64,000 nucleotides of DNA from Lama glama (Eukaryota). Positions 1-11,812 of this stretch are shown one piece after another (position 1 is the stretch's first letter; each line of letters opens with the position of its first letter). Both the position numbers and the translations under genes were made by a program. The stretch spans positions 67,580,001-67,644,000 of the forward strand of contig CM052827.1 of NCBI GenBank assembly GCA_028534125.1, given 5' to 3'. The notes beneath the pieces are model-generated. The model was given only the letters and a program-made list of their open reading frames with translations, searched no databases and was not told the DNA's origin.

Positions 1-1389
1 ACATTTTTCGCCTGACTCTATTATTAAACTTCTGGCATTACTGGGATAAAGGCATGTTTGTTTCCTTCATTAGAAACTTCCCTCATTAGTTGAGAATGTT
101 TGTTCACTTCCTGTGATAGAATCTGTTGGTCCCCAAAGTGCTCCCCAGATGGAGTGGGGGTGGGAGGATCTCTGCTCATCCTGCCACAGCTGTAAATAGT
201 GACTTAGAAGTTCACATGCACAATCAGCAAGATAATTGCAAATGGAATGTTTATGGATTCAGGGCCTTGATCTGTAAAGGGTTCTTAAGAAACTGGCGGC
301 TTCAGTTTCAAAGGAAATAGTGAGGTTCCTGACTAACATGTGTCTTTTTGCCTAGGAGCTTGACTCCCATCTCCTCCCCCTCCACTTCCAACTCCCTATC
401 TGCAAGATGAAAGAAACCAATCTAAGATTTCTAGAAGATGCTTGAAATCCAAATGCAATTCGGTTAACATCTGCGAGCGTCTGCATCTGCTCCGTGCAGC
501 ACTGGGCAGTGAAATGCAGTTCTGTGTCACCCAGGGAGAAATTCCTGTGGTTTCCACAATCTCGCTTTGAGAAACGATGCTAGAACAAAGCTTGACCCAG
601 AGTGTTAATTCTGCCACGTCAGCCTGACAGCAAAGGAGAAGACACCTTCCAAAACGATTGATCCCAGAAGCCCGAGCCGGGCCGGGACCCCATGGGGCAG
701 GTTGCCGGGGCCACAGTTCACGGAAAAGAGCCCAGATTCCGCTGCTCTTCCCTTCAGTGCTGGCTCCACTAAGCCCCGACAGGGACAAGAAGCCAGTTCA
801 GGGGGAGGCAGCTCTGTGAGGCAAGACAGGGCTTGAGCGACACTTCAGCCTTAATCGTTCCTTCAGCTGGAAACATGAGCATATTAATGGCATCAGAGAA
901 ATCTGTTAGAGGCTCAACTGGAAAAAAAAATGAATCTTTTTCTTTGACTCTTTCAAATGACAGAAGTCACTCGGAATCCAAAAGGGAACAGTCTCTGAGG
1001 GTGAAACACCACTGTTTTACTAGTGGGTCTTCAGAAATATCCTGACTTCCCATCCATCCCTGCCCTAGGAAATCATCTCCTTCCACTGGAAAATTCCAGA
1101 CTTGGGCAAAGGCGTCCTCAGCTTGCAGCATAATGTAGACGCTGCTTGTCAGAGAGCGTCCGTCACTCGCCACACGTGCCAGGGCTCCTCCTCCTCCCCC
1201 TCCTCCTCCGAGTGATCCGTTACCCAGTGATCTGAACCCTGAGGTGCATTTGCCCTCTGCCTTCATCCTGAGTCCGGCCTGAATGCAATGTGCATCAGCA
1301 CACACGCTAACAGGCGCTGTAGGCGTAAGAGCCATCCATCTCCCAGAAACACAAGTTTTGGGGGGTTTGGGCCTCACATCCCAGGAAAC

Positions 1390-2342
1390 GATGTCACCTG
1401 CTACTTGTTGATCCAGACGTAAACCTAGTTGGCACCCTTGATTTCTCTCTCCCGCCGCTGCGGTATCCGACCCACTGTGTGTCTTACTGGCTCTGCCATT
1501 AGGGCACAATCAGGCTTTCCCTCCTCTCTGCGGCCACTGGTCCAAGCCGCCAGCACCTTGCACAAGGACTGCTGCTCGGGCCTCCCCAGGCCTCTACTTC
1601 CCCTCTTGCTCCTCTGAAATTCATTCTTCTCACAGCCAGGTTGATCTTCAAGAGCTCGAATCTGATCGTGTTGCTCCTCGCCCCGTGAAGTCTTCCAGTG
1701 TCTTCCGTCACGCTGAGACAGAGCGCAGACTCCAGGCCTTCCGGCCCCATGGCTTGCTCTCTTCTTTGCTCTCATCCTAAGCCCTCGTCCCTCACTCACG
1801 GCTCCCAGCGTCTATGAAACGGTGTCTGTAACCCGAATCTCAAACTTCTTCTCACCTCGGCACTTATGCGATCACTGTTTCCTCTTCCTGGAACTCTAGA
1901 CTCTGATGTTACCCTCTCTAGCCAGCAAGTGCTCACGGACTACCAGCCGAAGTATCGCTTGAGACCTCGTAAGAAAGGCAAAGTTTGGGGAAAATGCCTC
2001 AGCCACTAAACCAGAACCTGCATTTAAACAAGACCGCCGGGTAATTCTTATGCCAGCCACAGTGTGAGGGGGTCTAGCTTAGCTGCGAGATCCTTAGATC
2101 TCAGTCTAACCTCGCCCCCAGTCTAGCCCAGCCCCCAAGTCATTCTCTCTTGCGCTGTGTATCTGATTTTTCTCACAGCAATTAACTTTAGATGAAAATA
2201 CCCCACCTGTTAACTAATTTCTTTCCTGTGCTTCCCCCTGGCGTGTAGGCTGTATGAAGGCAGGGACGTGTTCACATTACCCACTACTGTGTTACCACCT
2301 AGCCCGCTCCATCAATGGATACTTGATAGACGAACGAATATT
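1390..2342 (+). mobile_element. L2 (LINE2) 3' remnant, interrupted by a MER5-like fragment at ~1930-2075
   Basis: L2-like tracts (ccactggtccaagccgccagcacc...; cacagccaggttgatcttc...tctgatcgtgttgctcc) and a degenerate gaacgaata tail. MER5-like ctgcatttaaacaag...gtaattcttatgc inside. Confidence 0.65.
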
Positions 2343-2739
2343 AAAAGACACATTTCATCTTAATGTTCAAAGCAATGGTGGAACAGAACAAGTTTTTGAT
2401 TTCTGTTTATCTGGCTTTTTCTGACCTAATTACCAGCCAGAAATATTATGAGTCATATCAGTGTTTTGGTACAAATCACTTGCGACACCCTAATTGGATT
2501 TAAGGAAGGAAGGAAGGAAAGAAAGACAGAAGGCTGGCTTTGAAAGATGACACGCTCATGAATGCAATGGCCTCGCAAAGAACAAGCACGCAGCGGCAAG
2601 AGACAGGAGATCCCGGCTGGCTCCCCAGCGAAGTGTGAATCACGCTAGCCTCTCCCTTCCTAGCGCTTGTAACACTCTGAGCGTCGAAGCTTTGTGTTTC
2701 CTGTCTCGCTGCTTGGGGGGCATTACCAATTAGCAGCCG

Positions 2740-2945
2740 CTGAGAAGGGAAAAGTGGGGATTAACAGATACACATGGCTAAATATATATATTAACCATAT
2801 TAACAATACACATTACTGTGTATTTCTTGTAATAGCATATAGTGGAAAATCTGAAAAAAATGTGTCTGTATGTACAATCGAATCTCAGCTATGCACCTGG
2901 AGTTAACATTGTAAATAAGCTACACTTCAGTACAAAATTTTGAAA
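2740..2945 (+). mobile_element. L1 3' end fragment (cetartiodactyl L1_Art/L1MA-like)
   Basis: cttgtaatagcatatagtggaaaatctgaaaaaaa...gcacctggagttaacattgtaaataagctacacttcagtacaaaa resembles the L1 3' terminus. Confidence 0.7.
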
Positions 2946-2986
2946 AGTAAAATCAAATAAGAAGGGAGAAGCGTTTTAGCGGCACC

Positions 2987-3782
2987 TGTGTGGTGGAAAC
3001 TGCCACCCTGGTCTCTCCTTCACGCTCACACGCGTGACCTCTGACACCAGACGAGTGAGCTTTGCTGCTGCTGCTGCGTTTCCATCCCAAGAGTCCCCTG
3101 GGTGTCCTGCCACCCAGCTCAGTTCTGACACTGTCACCTGGAGGCCGCGTCGGATTCCACAGCTTAGACGCTCGGTCCCAGGAGACGGCTCCCTGCTGCA
3201 AGTACCCGCTGCCAGCGGGGGTCCCCGGGTCGCCCACAGCTTCTGTTCCAGCTACAGACCGGAGGTTCCCGCGACCGCCTCCGCCCCCTTGGACTTGATT
3301 GTTTGCTAGAACAGCTCACAGAACCCAGGGAAATACTACGCTTACAGTTTCTTAGGAGATGTGACAAAGGATACAGATAAACACTCAGATGAAGAGGTAC
3401 ACAGGCGAGGTCTGGGCGGGCCCTGAGCGTAGGCGCTTCTGTCCCCATGGAGAGGGAGTGCATCACACTCCCCGGTAAGTGGGTGTGCTGGTCCACCTGA
3501 GAGCTCCCCAGACCCCACACTCTGGGGACTTTATGGGGCTTCCTCACGTAGGCAGGATCAGTAATTAGCTCCGCTGCCAGCCTCTGTCTCCTCCCTGGGG
3601 CATGTCAGGCGGGGAAACCACGGCTTGGTCTTTCTGGTAACCAGCCCCCCTGAGGAGCCCACCCAGAGTCCCCTCACCAGATCAAAAGATGCTCCTAGTG
3701 CTCTTATGGCTCAAGAATTCACAGGAGTTTAAGGAGCCCAGGGGCCTCAGAGACCAATATGTATCTTTTCTGTTACCTCACA
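2987..3782 (-). mobile_element. MER21-like solo LTR (ERVL)
   Basis: tttgctagaacagctcacagaacccagggaaa...aaaggatacagataaacactcagatgaagag hallmark, TG...CA termini, possible decayed 5-bp TSD gcacc/acatc. Confidence 0.8.
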
Positions 3783-3905
3783 ACATCCAATTAAGAAAAA
3801 TAATCACATGACAACTTGATGCAACACAAGATCCTTGACTAGATCCTGGTTCAAGAAAATAAAGACTATTTTGGGGATGTCTGGAGAAAGTTTGAACACA
3901 AATTG

Positions 3906-4405
3906 TGTATCAATTATTGTGTAACAAATCATTCAAAACTGAAATGGCTTAGGAGACCAGTAATCATTTAATTTCTCACGGTTTCTTTGCTTAGGCGGCT
4001 GGGAGTGGCTGGGTTGGGCAGTTCCGGCTCGTGGTCTGCTGCGAGGCTGCGCTGCGAGGCTGGCGGGGTTGCAGCCGTCTGAAGGTTCAGCTCGGGCTGC
4101 AGCTTCCACTTCTGAGGGGAGTCACTCCAGTGTCTGTTAGGTCCGTGCTGGCGCGATGGCTTCCCTTCACGGGGCTGCCTGGACATCCTCAACCCACGGC
4201 AGCTGGCTTCCCCCGAGGGAGCAATCTGGGGGCCACAGTAACGCCCCTCGGGATCTAGACTTAGAAGTCACCAACCAGCACCTCCACCCTGTTTTATTCC
4301 GTTCTTTAGAGGGACCAACCCTGATTCGAAGCGGGAGGGAACCGCATAAAGGTGTGAGTATCGCAGGCTGATGACGGGTGCCGTCTCGGGGGCTGGCTGG
4401 CTCAG
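3906..4405 (-). mobile_element. MLT1F/G-like MaLR solo LTR
   Basis: tgtgtaacaaatcattcaaaactgaaatggctta...tttctcacggtttct...cagccgtctgaaggttcagct...ttagaagtcacc pattern. Confidence 0.75.
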
Positions 4406-4554
4406 ATGCTACGTTAGAGAGCACTTTCTATCGGTTTAGATTCCCTGCGTGTGATCGCTATGACGTCCTTGTTCTTAGGAGAAATGTGCTAAGGTGTTTA
4501 GGGTGAAATGTCAGAATGTCCACAGTTTACTCTCAAAGGGTTGAACAAAAACAG

Positions 4555-4751
4555 CTTAAACACCGTATGTATTTTTTACGTTGTTAACATGCATGTATAA
4601 CTGTTACATATATTGTTAAACTGTCGGTAGCTTGAAATCAGCCGCGGCGGGGGCATCTGCACACCGCGGACGACAGCAAACGCTCCCGACCAGGCCTCCT
4701 GCTCCCACCTCGGCCCCGGGGCCCGTTGTCACAGCGACCGGCACATCGCTG
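4555..4751. mobile_element. MER63-like hAT DNA transposon remnant
   Basis: tagcttgaaatcagcc...cagcaaacgct...ccggcacatcgctg resembles the MER63 terminus. Confidence 0.6.
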
Positions 4752-6897
4752 TGTGCACACGTGCGCACACACACACATACATACACTTACACACACACAT
4801 ATATTTAGGCACATAGAGGGAGGAAGCAAATGAGGCAAATGTTAAAATGGGGCAACTGAGGTGAAGAATACATGGGTATTCTTACACTGTTCTTGCAACT
4901 TTTCTACTGATTTGAAATTTTTCCAAATAAAAATTTGGGGAAAAGTAAAAACGTAATCGGGGAAATTTGCAGAGGAATGAAAAACACGTTAGTCAGCCGT
5001 TGATGTAGTTAAGTCAGACGAGGCACTCTTAGGGTTTATTACAGTATTTTTCTCCTTTGATACATTCTTGCAAGTTTCCGTAATGAAAAGCAGGCACACA
5101 CAAGACAAATTAACATACAAAGACAGCTAACTAGAAAGGAACATCTTGCTGAAGTATGACAGATGTTAAGGACAAAATGCTCATTGAAGTTTATTAATTA
5201 TGCTCAGGCAAGTCCCACCCGGCACACCCTGGAGATGGGTATTTGCACGAAAATCTGAACCTGCAAAGACCATAGGGGTAGGTGGCCTCTGTTTTTGTGA
5301 CGCCTGAAACTTAACAGCTGACTGTATTTGATGTCTACTGAACAATTAAACGTCAAGAATTTGCGCTTTGCACACAGCAGGCGAATCCACACTCTGCGTC
5401 GACGGAAGGGAGAGAACGGATCCTGTCCGCTCGCCTTGGGGGCGGTGGCTCCACACACCAGCGCTCGCCCTCCTGGCCACGGGGGGCGGCTGTGTGCTGA
5501 GAGCAATGGAGAGTGAGGTTGGAGGGGCGTGTGCACAGCCCTGGGGGCAAGCTGTCCCTCCCCCTGGGGCGAGGAGCAAGAGCAGGGCCTGCTGTAAGAC
5601 AGCGAGAGCTGTCCGGTCAGGCCACATTTGATTTAATGCTTTGCTGTTACCATTCTGGAATTTTAAGTCATTGTATCTGAAGTTAGATTTTACAAGCCGC
5701 GCTGGTGGGACAGGAGCACGCGGTGGGCCGAGGCGGCGGGTATCACGTGAGCGTCTGCTCCTTCTTGCTGTTCCGCTTGCAGGTGCATTCTGGGTCCCAC
5801 GGGCACAGAACTGCCACGGGTCCCAGGATGCCTGGGGGCCCAGAGTGACTCGAGGCAAGAATGAGGCAGGTGAGTTCCAGCTCCTGGGAGGGAGGAACGG
5901 GGCGGGGCGCTCACAGACCGGAGAGGACTTGCTCTGTGAACCAGAACCTGAGTTGAATGCTGAAAGAAGGGATGGTGCTCTAAATGCCAGTGTTGTTCCA
6001 CCGTTGACTAAAGAACACATTAGACCTGCCTGACCCGTGTCACTTCCCTGAATCAGCCAACCACTTACCTCAAAAATGACGACGCAGGAAGAAAGGGAAA
6101 GGTGGCAACCCAAAGTCTCCTTTCCCTGCAAGTCTTTGCTTCCTCGTCAGCAAACCACAGGTAGAGCAATGGGAGAACGCGTGCGCCAACACCTGAAGTG
6201 AAGCAGCTGAGCTAGTTCTGTGCAGTGTTTCCACTGTTCTGGTAAGAACCAAATCGTGTGCATGTCTGAGCTGCAATATACAAACTGTGTCTTTTCACTG
6301 CTCTGCATGCACATCTAACGCTCTTATAGCTGCATTTAAAATGGACATAGCACAACATAGAGATGAATGGTAAAATTCATGCTAATCGCCTACATTTTAA
6401 ATTTTCTTTACTTAGAATGACGTTCAATAGCAAACAAAAACACCGCGACAAGTGGAAAGAATGAGGCAGAAAGTATAAAACTTTCTACTTTAAAAATGGC
6501 CTCTCTCACCTCTAACTTGCCACTTGCGCCAGTCTGCAAGCAGTCTCTCAAGGGGATTTCCTGAAAGTTGGCAAGCCTCGCTCTCCACCCTCGCAAAGCG
6601 TCCCAGCCTTTCCTGAATGTGCAGAGCCGAGTACTTGCTCCGTCCAGTGTCCTTCCCTCGTAACGTCATGATTTGCCCGTTACCTGGACCTTCTCCGGGT
6701 GGGATTGCCACTCGAAGCTTGAGCGGAGACTGCTGTCTGCTCCCAACAGGCTCCGACCAAGGCCCGTCCAGACCAGGACAACCCGGCAACCACTGGTTAG
6801 AAACACAACTTGAAGTCTGACTTGACACCAACAGTGCCTGCAGTCCAGGGCAGGGTCCACAAAGACAGGTCCCGACACCCTTCCCCTTCAGTGTCTT

Positions 6898-7944
6898 TTT
6901 TTTTTTTTAACATTTTTTATTGATTTATAATCATTTTACAATGTTGTGTCAAATTCCAGTGTTCAGCACAATTTTTCAGTCATTCATGGACATATACACA
7001 CTCATTGTCACATTCTTTTCTCTGTGATTTATCNNNNNNNNNNNNNNNNNNNNNNNNNNNNNNNNNNNNNNNNNNNNNNNNNNNNNNNNNNNNNNNNNNN
7101 NNNNNNNNNNNNNNNNNNNNNNNNNNNNNNNNNNNNNNNNNNNNNNNNNNNNNNNNNNNNNNNNNNNNNNNNNNNNNNNNNNNNNNNNNNNNNNNNNNNN
7201 NNNNNNNNNNNNNNNNNNNNNNNNNNNNNNNNNNNNNNNNNNNNNNNNNNNNNNNNNNNNNNNNNNNNNNNNNNNNNNNNNNNNNNNNNNNNNNNNNNNN
7301 NNNNNNNNNNNNNNNNNNNNNNNNNNNNNNNNNNNNNNNNNNNNNNNNNNNNNNNNNNNNNNNNNNNNNNNNNNNNNNNNNNNNNNNNNNNNNNNNNNNN
7401 NNNNNNNNNNNNNNNNNNNNNNNNNNNNNNNNNNNNNNNNNNNNNNNNNNNNNNNNNNNNNNNNNNNNNNNNNNNNNNNNNNNNNNNNNNNNNNNNNNNN
7501 NNNNNNNNNNNNNNNNNNNNNNNNNNNNNNNNNTTTTCTCCCATTCCGTAGGTTTTCTTCTTGTTTTACTTCTGGTTTCCTTTGCTCTGCAGAAGCTTGT
7601 AAGTTTCATTAGGTCCCATTTGTTTATTCTTGCTTTCATTTCTTCTAGGAGAAAAATTTTGAAATGTACGTCAGATAATGTTTTGCCTATGTTTTCCTCT
7701 AGGAGGTTTATTGTATCTTGTCTTATGTTTAAGTCTTTAATCCATTTTGAGTTGATTTTTGTATATGGTGTAAGGGAGTGTTCTAGCTTCACTGTTTTAC
7801 ATGCTGCTGTCCAGTTTTCCCAACACCATTTGCTGAAGAGACTGTCTTTATTCCATTGTATAGTCTTGCCTCCTTTGTCGAAGATTAGTTGACCAAAGGT
7901 TTGTGGGTTCATTTCTGGGCTCTCTATTCTGTTCCATTGGTCCA
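6898..7944 (-). mobile_element. Young 5'-truncated L1 (ORF2 C-terminal part, 3'UTR and polyA) with perfect 17-bp TSD; spans a 500-N gap
   Basis: Uninterrupted ORF2 peptide [10 protein letters not shown]...[10 protein letters not shown]...KPTEWEK (7945-7534), polyT at 6896-6908, TSD ttccccttcagtgtctt at 6881-6897 and 7945-7961. Confidence 0.95.
7034..7533. other. Assembly gap (500 N)
   Basis: Run of N. Confidence 1.
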
Positions 7945-8207
7945 TTCCCCTTCAGTGTCTTGATGGCTCTGGATCATCCAGGCCTTTAAGTTCTGGCCTC
8001 TGTGGGGGAGGTTTCAGAGACATAACGTTGCTTCTCTTGGCTGCATGCCTGTAGTCAGCTGGGTAACCAAAATGATCTACTCTGCAGAGCTCCCCGTGCA
8101 TGAAGCCCTGGGGAGGGAAATGCAAGAAGCAGGAGGTGCGTTTCACCTGCAGGGCTGCACGGTGGTGGGTAGAGAGCCTGGGACGTGAAGTCAGAAGCTC
8201 TCTTTCT

Positions 8208-8366
8208 GAGGGGAGGGTGCAGCTCAGTGGTAGAGTGTGTGCTTAATATGCACGAGGTCCTGGGTTCAATCCCCAGAATCTCCATTTAAAAATAAATAAA
8301 TAAACCTAATTACCTCCCCTCCGCCCCCCCCAGAAAGAAAGAGCAAATTATTTAAACAAAAATAAA
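8208..8366 (+). mobile_element. tRNA-derived SINE (camelid Vic-1/SINE_Vpa-like)
   Basis: A-box cagctcagtgg, B-box ggttcaatccc, (aaat)n-acctaattacctcccc-A-rich tail, TSD agaagctctct at 8193-8203 and 8367-8377. Confidence 0.9.
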
Positions 8367-9149
8367 AGAAGCTCTCTCCTTATCAGCTGCGTGTCCCTAG
8401 GCAAGCTGCCAGGGCCTGCCTGCCTCACGAGGTCGTGTGAAAGGTGCACTGGGACCATTCTACGGGAAAGTGCGTTTGAACAGTAAAAGCATGACTGAAG
8501 TTACAATACATTACATATGCAGGATTCTGGGAGACATTTTCAAGTGAAGGCTTTTTGTTACTTAACAAATCTTTATTGAGTGTCCCCCATTCCAGCCTCT
8601 GTCCCAGGAGACGGAGATACATCTGTGCGCAAACGCTTCTCAGGCAGAATCGGTCATTTGTTAGCCGAGGGTAGTAAGTGTCAAAGCCAGCAAGGGCAGA
8701 GTGTAATTGTAGATAGGACCGAGGGGCGGGCCGTCACCAAGATGACCCGGGCGAAGCGTGCTGCGCTGGGCCCGCAGCCCCTTGCACTGGGCTCTGCTTT
8801 TCCTGACTTGCTCGTCGGGGCCCAGGCCCGGAGGAGCCTTGACGCTTCCGCTCTTGCCCCTTTGAAACATCCATGCTGCTGTGTGAGGGGCCTGGCCCAG
8901 GCTGTAGAAGAACAAGACGCCCCACGAAGAGAGACGCCCTGTGGCCAGCAGCCCCGGGGCCCAGCCACGAGGTGAGGCGGCTCGCCTGCTCCCGCCTCGG
9001 CGGAGCGGACAGACGGCCGCAGCCCCGAGCGGCCCCAGCGAGGCCAGCGGGCCGACAGGCCGAGAGAGATAACGAGTCAGTGTTCTTAAGAAGAGGCCAG
9101 AGAGCCTCGCTGAGAGGGTGGAGTGCAACCAGGAGCAGCAGAAGGAAGC

Positions 9150-9453
9150 GGCCATGGCCCAGGGCTCTGCGCCCCCCCTCCCAGGCTCACGTGTGAGGCC
9201 CTCACCTTGAACGGCAGCATCTGAAGGTGGGGCCTCTAAGGAATAGACTGAGGCTACGTGAGGCCATGAGGCAGCACTGAGGAAAGGCAGGCGGGGACAG
9301 AGCAAGAGGCGGTTGACTGCAAGGCAGGAAGAGAGTTCTCCCCAGAAACCAAGCTCTGCACTTCTGCCCCCAGCACCGTGAGAAACCGGGGCCCGCTGGT
9401 GAAGCCGCCCTGTCCGTGGCATCTGGCTCTGGCAGCCCGAGCGGACCCGGACA
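9150..9453 (+). mobile_element. MLT1A-like MaLR solo LTR, heavily GC-shifted
   Basis: gaaggtggggcctct..., tgcaaggcaggaagagagttctccccagaaacc, cagcaccgtgagaaa...ggcagcccgagcggacccggaca, 5-bp TSD-like gaagc/ggagc. Confidence 0.75.
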
Positions 9454-10614
9454 GGAGCCACGCGGCATCCGGGGAGAGCGTGGCGCGGAAGGGGCAGCTC
9501 GCGCAGAGGCCCGAAGTGCAGGCCCGCGGGAAATGAGACTGATGGGAGGACGGAGATCAGAGGGGAGGGAGCGCGCACACCAGCGGGCTGCGGCAAAGCT
9601 TTGCCTTTTGCGGAGAGTTAAAAGCAAACACAGTCAGTGCAGTTCTGAGGGCTGGCGTGGCGTATTTTCAAGGGCATGCATTTCTGTAATATTTGACTTT
9701 TATGTAACGGTGAGCATGTGCTGCTTCTGTAATCAGGACACTTAGACTAAAGAGTGAGCAAACAGCGCAAGCCGCGTCCTTTAGGGCCAGCACGTGGGGC
9801 GAGGGGCGCGAGGGAAGGGGGGAGACCGCAAGGCGGGGCGAGACCACAGCTGGCTGCATGTGGCGTCACGCTCTGCCTCTGCCCTGGGACTCCGAGGACC
9901 CGTCCTGTCCTCTGACTGTCCTGCTGTGGCAGTCGCACCTGGTGAGAGGCGGGGCAGGGCCAGCACAGAAGACAAAGCCCAGACTGGACTCTCGCTGGGT
10001 AGGGTCAAGGACATCTGATCTACCGCGCATTTGGCCCACTGCCCAGCTTGCGCGGGGAGGGAGCTGGACTGCTCCTTGAAGAAATGAACGAACCGGCCTG
10101 AGCAGTCTCCCTAACTTACTCTGCACCCCACCTTCCCTGTCCTCACCCCCTTCCTTGCTGGTTCAACTGAATTCCAAAGGGGATCTTTAAAACAAAGAGT
10201 GCGTGTGGTGGAGGGTTGGTGTTTGACATAATAAAGCTGTGAAACCTGCTGTGTTCAAGCCCGGCCCGTGGCTGTCTCGAGTTTAACAATGCAGTAAGTG
10301 GAGCTGAAACTTCAAGTCAGGCTGAGGCCTCACGGGCTCTCAGACGGCGCTTTACACAGAATCATCATTTGTGCCTACGTGTGGATGGGGACCCGCAGCG
10401 TTAACCGTGCCGTGGAAAGGCTGCGTGGGTTGTGTTACCTTGCAAAAGCGCCCCTCACTCTCTCTTCTTCTCTAGTTAACAAAGTGACAGAAGGATAACC
10501 AGAGAGGCTTAGTGCAAACCTGGACGGTGAGAACTTTGAAGGACGTACACACCCAGGAAGCCACCACCACAGTCAGGACAGCTACCACCTCCGTCCCTCC
10601 CCAGGAGGTGCAGG

Positions 10615-10830
10615 TTTAAATTCCCAGTCTGTCCCTTCCCACGTCCTGTTCCCCCAGGCAACAATAAGTTTGTTCTCTATGTCTCTGAGTCTGTTTCTAT
10701 TTTGTAGATAAGTTCATTTGTGTCCTTTTTTAGATTCCACATAGAAGCGATGTCGTACGGCACTTTTCTTTCTCCTCCTGGCTTACTTCACTTAGCATGA
10801 TGCTCTCCAGGTCCATCCATGTCGGCAAGT
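10615..10830 (-). mobile_element. L1 fragment (ORF2 end and start of 3'UTR)
   Basis: aagtttgttctctatgtctctgagtctgtttctattttgtagataagttcatttgtgtc...tagattccacat...ggcttacttcacttagcatgat...aggtccatccatgt. Confidence 0.85.
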
Positions 10831-11235
10831 CCTTTTTAAATGAGCATTCTGTTTAAAGTGCAAGTGTGCTTCGCTATAACCAGCAGATGCATTTCCTGAA
10901 CGGCGTGGTTAGCCTCCTTTTTTGTGAGTTTCAGAGGAGCTAACCTTGATAAATGGCAGAAAAGTCTCTTTGTGCTTCTCGAGTGATCGCCCCCTTAGCC
11001 ATCTGTTCTGTAGACTTGGCATTTGGAGATCAGGTATTTTAAAACTAGGGTACACACAATATACCCGAGATAAATTATTTAAAGGAATCGATGACCAGCT
11101 ATTTGTGATCACAAAAGTGACTTTTCACCCGCTTGCGTAGACTAGACAAGGTTGAACACGTTCAGCCCCAGTGACCAGTCTTTGTACAAGTTTCAAGCTA
11201 ACCAAAAAGAAGTACAAAACACTGCCCAGCTCAGC

Positions 11236-11812
11236 GAAGTGGAGCGGAGTACGTCTCCCCCAGATGTGCTGCTTTGGCGGGAGGGTTATTTTGAGCTAAA
11301 GGCAACTGAGAAGCAGCAGATACAAGAAACGCTCTCCGCCCTCCCCCCATTTGCCCGTAAGCAGGACACACGTTTGCAAGTTTCCTGTCTCTCCTCTCCA
11401 CCAGAAAGCACAGAAGTTCATCGCTGGAGACAACGCTGGACCCTTCTCGGCTCAGAGATGGCCCCAGAGGACCTGCACAATTTGCTTCGCTGAAACCAGC
11501 CCTTCCCTGCCTTCTGTTCCCCACTCCTTTGCCTCCCCACTGTTTGCCGTCCCTGGAAGCTCAGAGTCCTTTTCCTCTGTCTTGTCAGTTCCCTGTGGTC
11601 TGTTGTGGTTGCTACAATGCTGCGTAAGCCCAGGTCCTGACCACTCCTTTGAGTTACTCGCCTCTGGGGGTACACGCGATGCACTTGTTAATAACACAAC
11701 GCCTGCTTGATTTTCTCTCGTTAATGTCTCGTCTCGTCTGTCTAATTTACAGGGCTCCGCCAGTGAGCCTAAGATGGGTAGAGAGAAAACAATTTTTTCC
11801 CTTTGCTGTACC
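11236..11812 (+). mobile_element. MER34-like solo LTR (ERV1)
   Basis: ttattttgagctaaaggcaactgagaagcagcagatacaag...ccctccccccatttgcc...aagcaggaca, 3' end cctaagatgggtagagagaaaacaattttttccc. Confidence 0.8.

Larger units (their letters stand above)
3790..4945 (+). mobile_element. Old L1M (L1MC/ME-like) 3' end, split by MLT1 and MER63 insertions
   Basis: gatccttgactagatcctggttc..., gtccttgttcttaggagaaatgtgctaaggtgtttagggtgaa..., tattcttacactgttcttgcaacttttct...ttgaaatttttccaaataaaaa. Confidence 0.7.

Noticed and set aside
1087-1097. TonEBP/NFAT5 osmotic response element-like TGGAAAATTCC, and CTCF-like motif at 14949-14962
   Set aside because: Short degenerate motifs expected by chance in 64 kb, with no supporting evidence.
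5346-6131. 261-aa minus-strand ORF (and 56064-56747, 227 aa)
   Set aside because: No recognisable domain, non-ATG starts, GC-rich context, no supporting exon structure.
6946-7892. Long ORFs containing X runs
   Set aside because: Artefacts of translating through the N gap. Only the L1 ORF2 part (7945-7534) is real.
8211-8285. tRNA-like sequence (also 15200-15270, 24730-24800, 57380-57450)
   Set aside because: Followed by A-rich tails and, where visible, flanked by TSDs, with degenerate stems. These are SINE heads, not tRNA genes.
8661-9596. 311-aa minus-strand ORF
   Set aside because: Runs through a GC-shifted MLT1A LTR. Its Pro/Arg/Gly/Ala-rich composition is typical of stop-poor GC-rich non-coding DNA.
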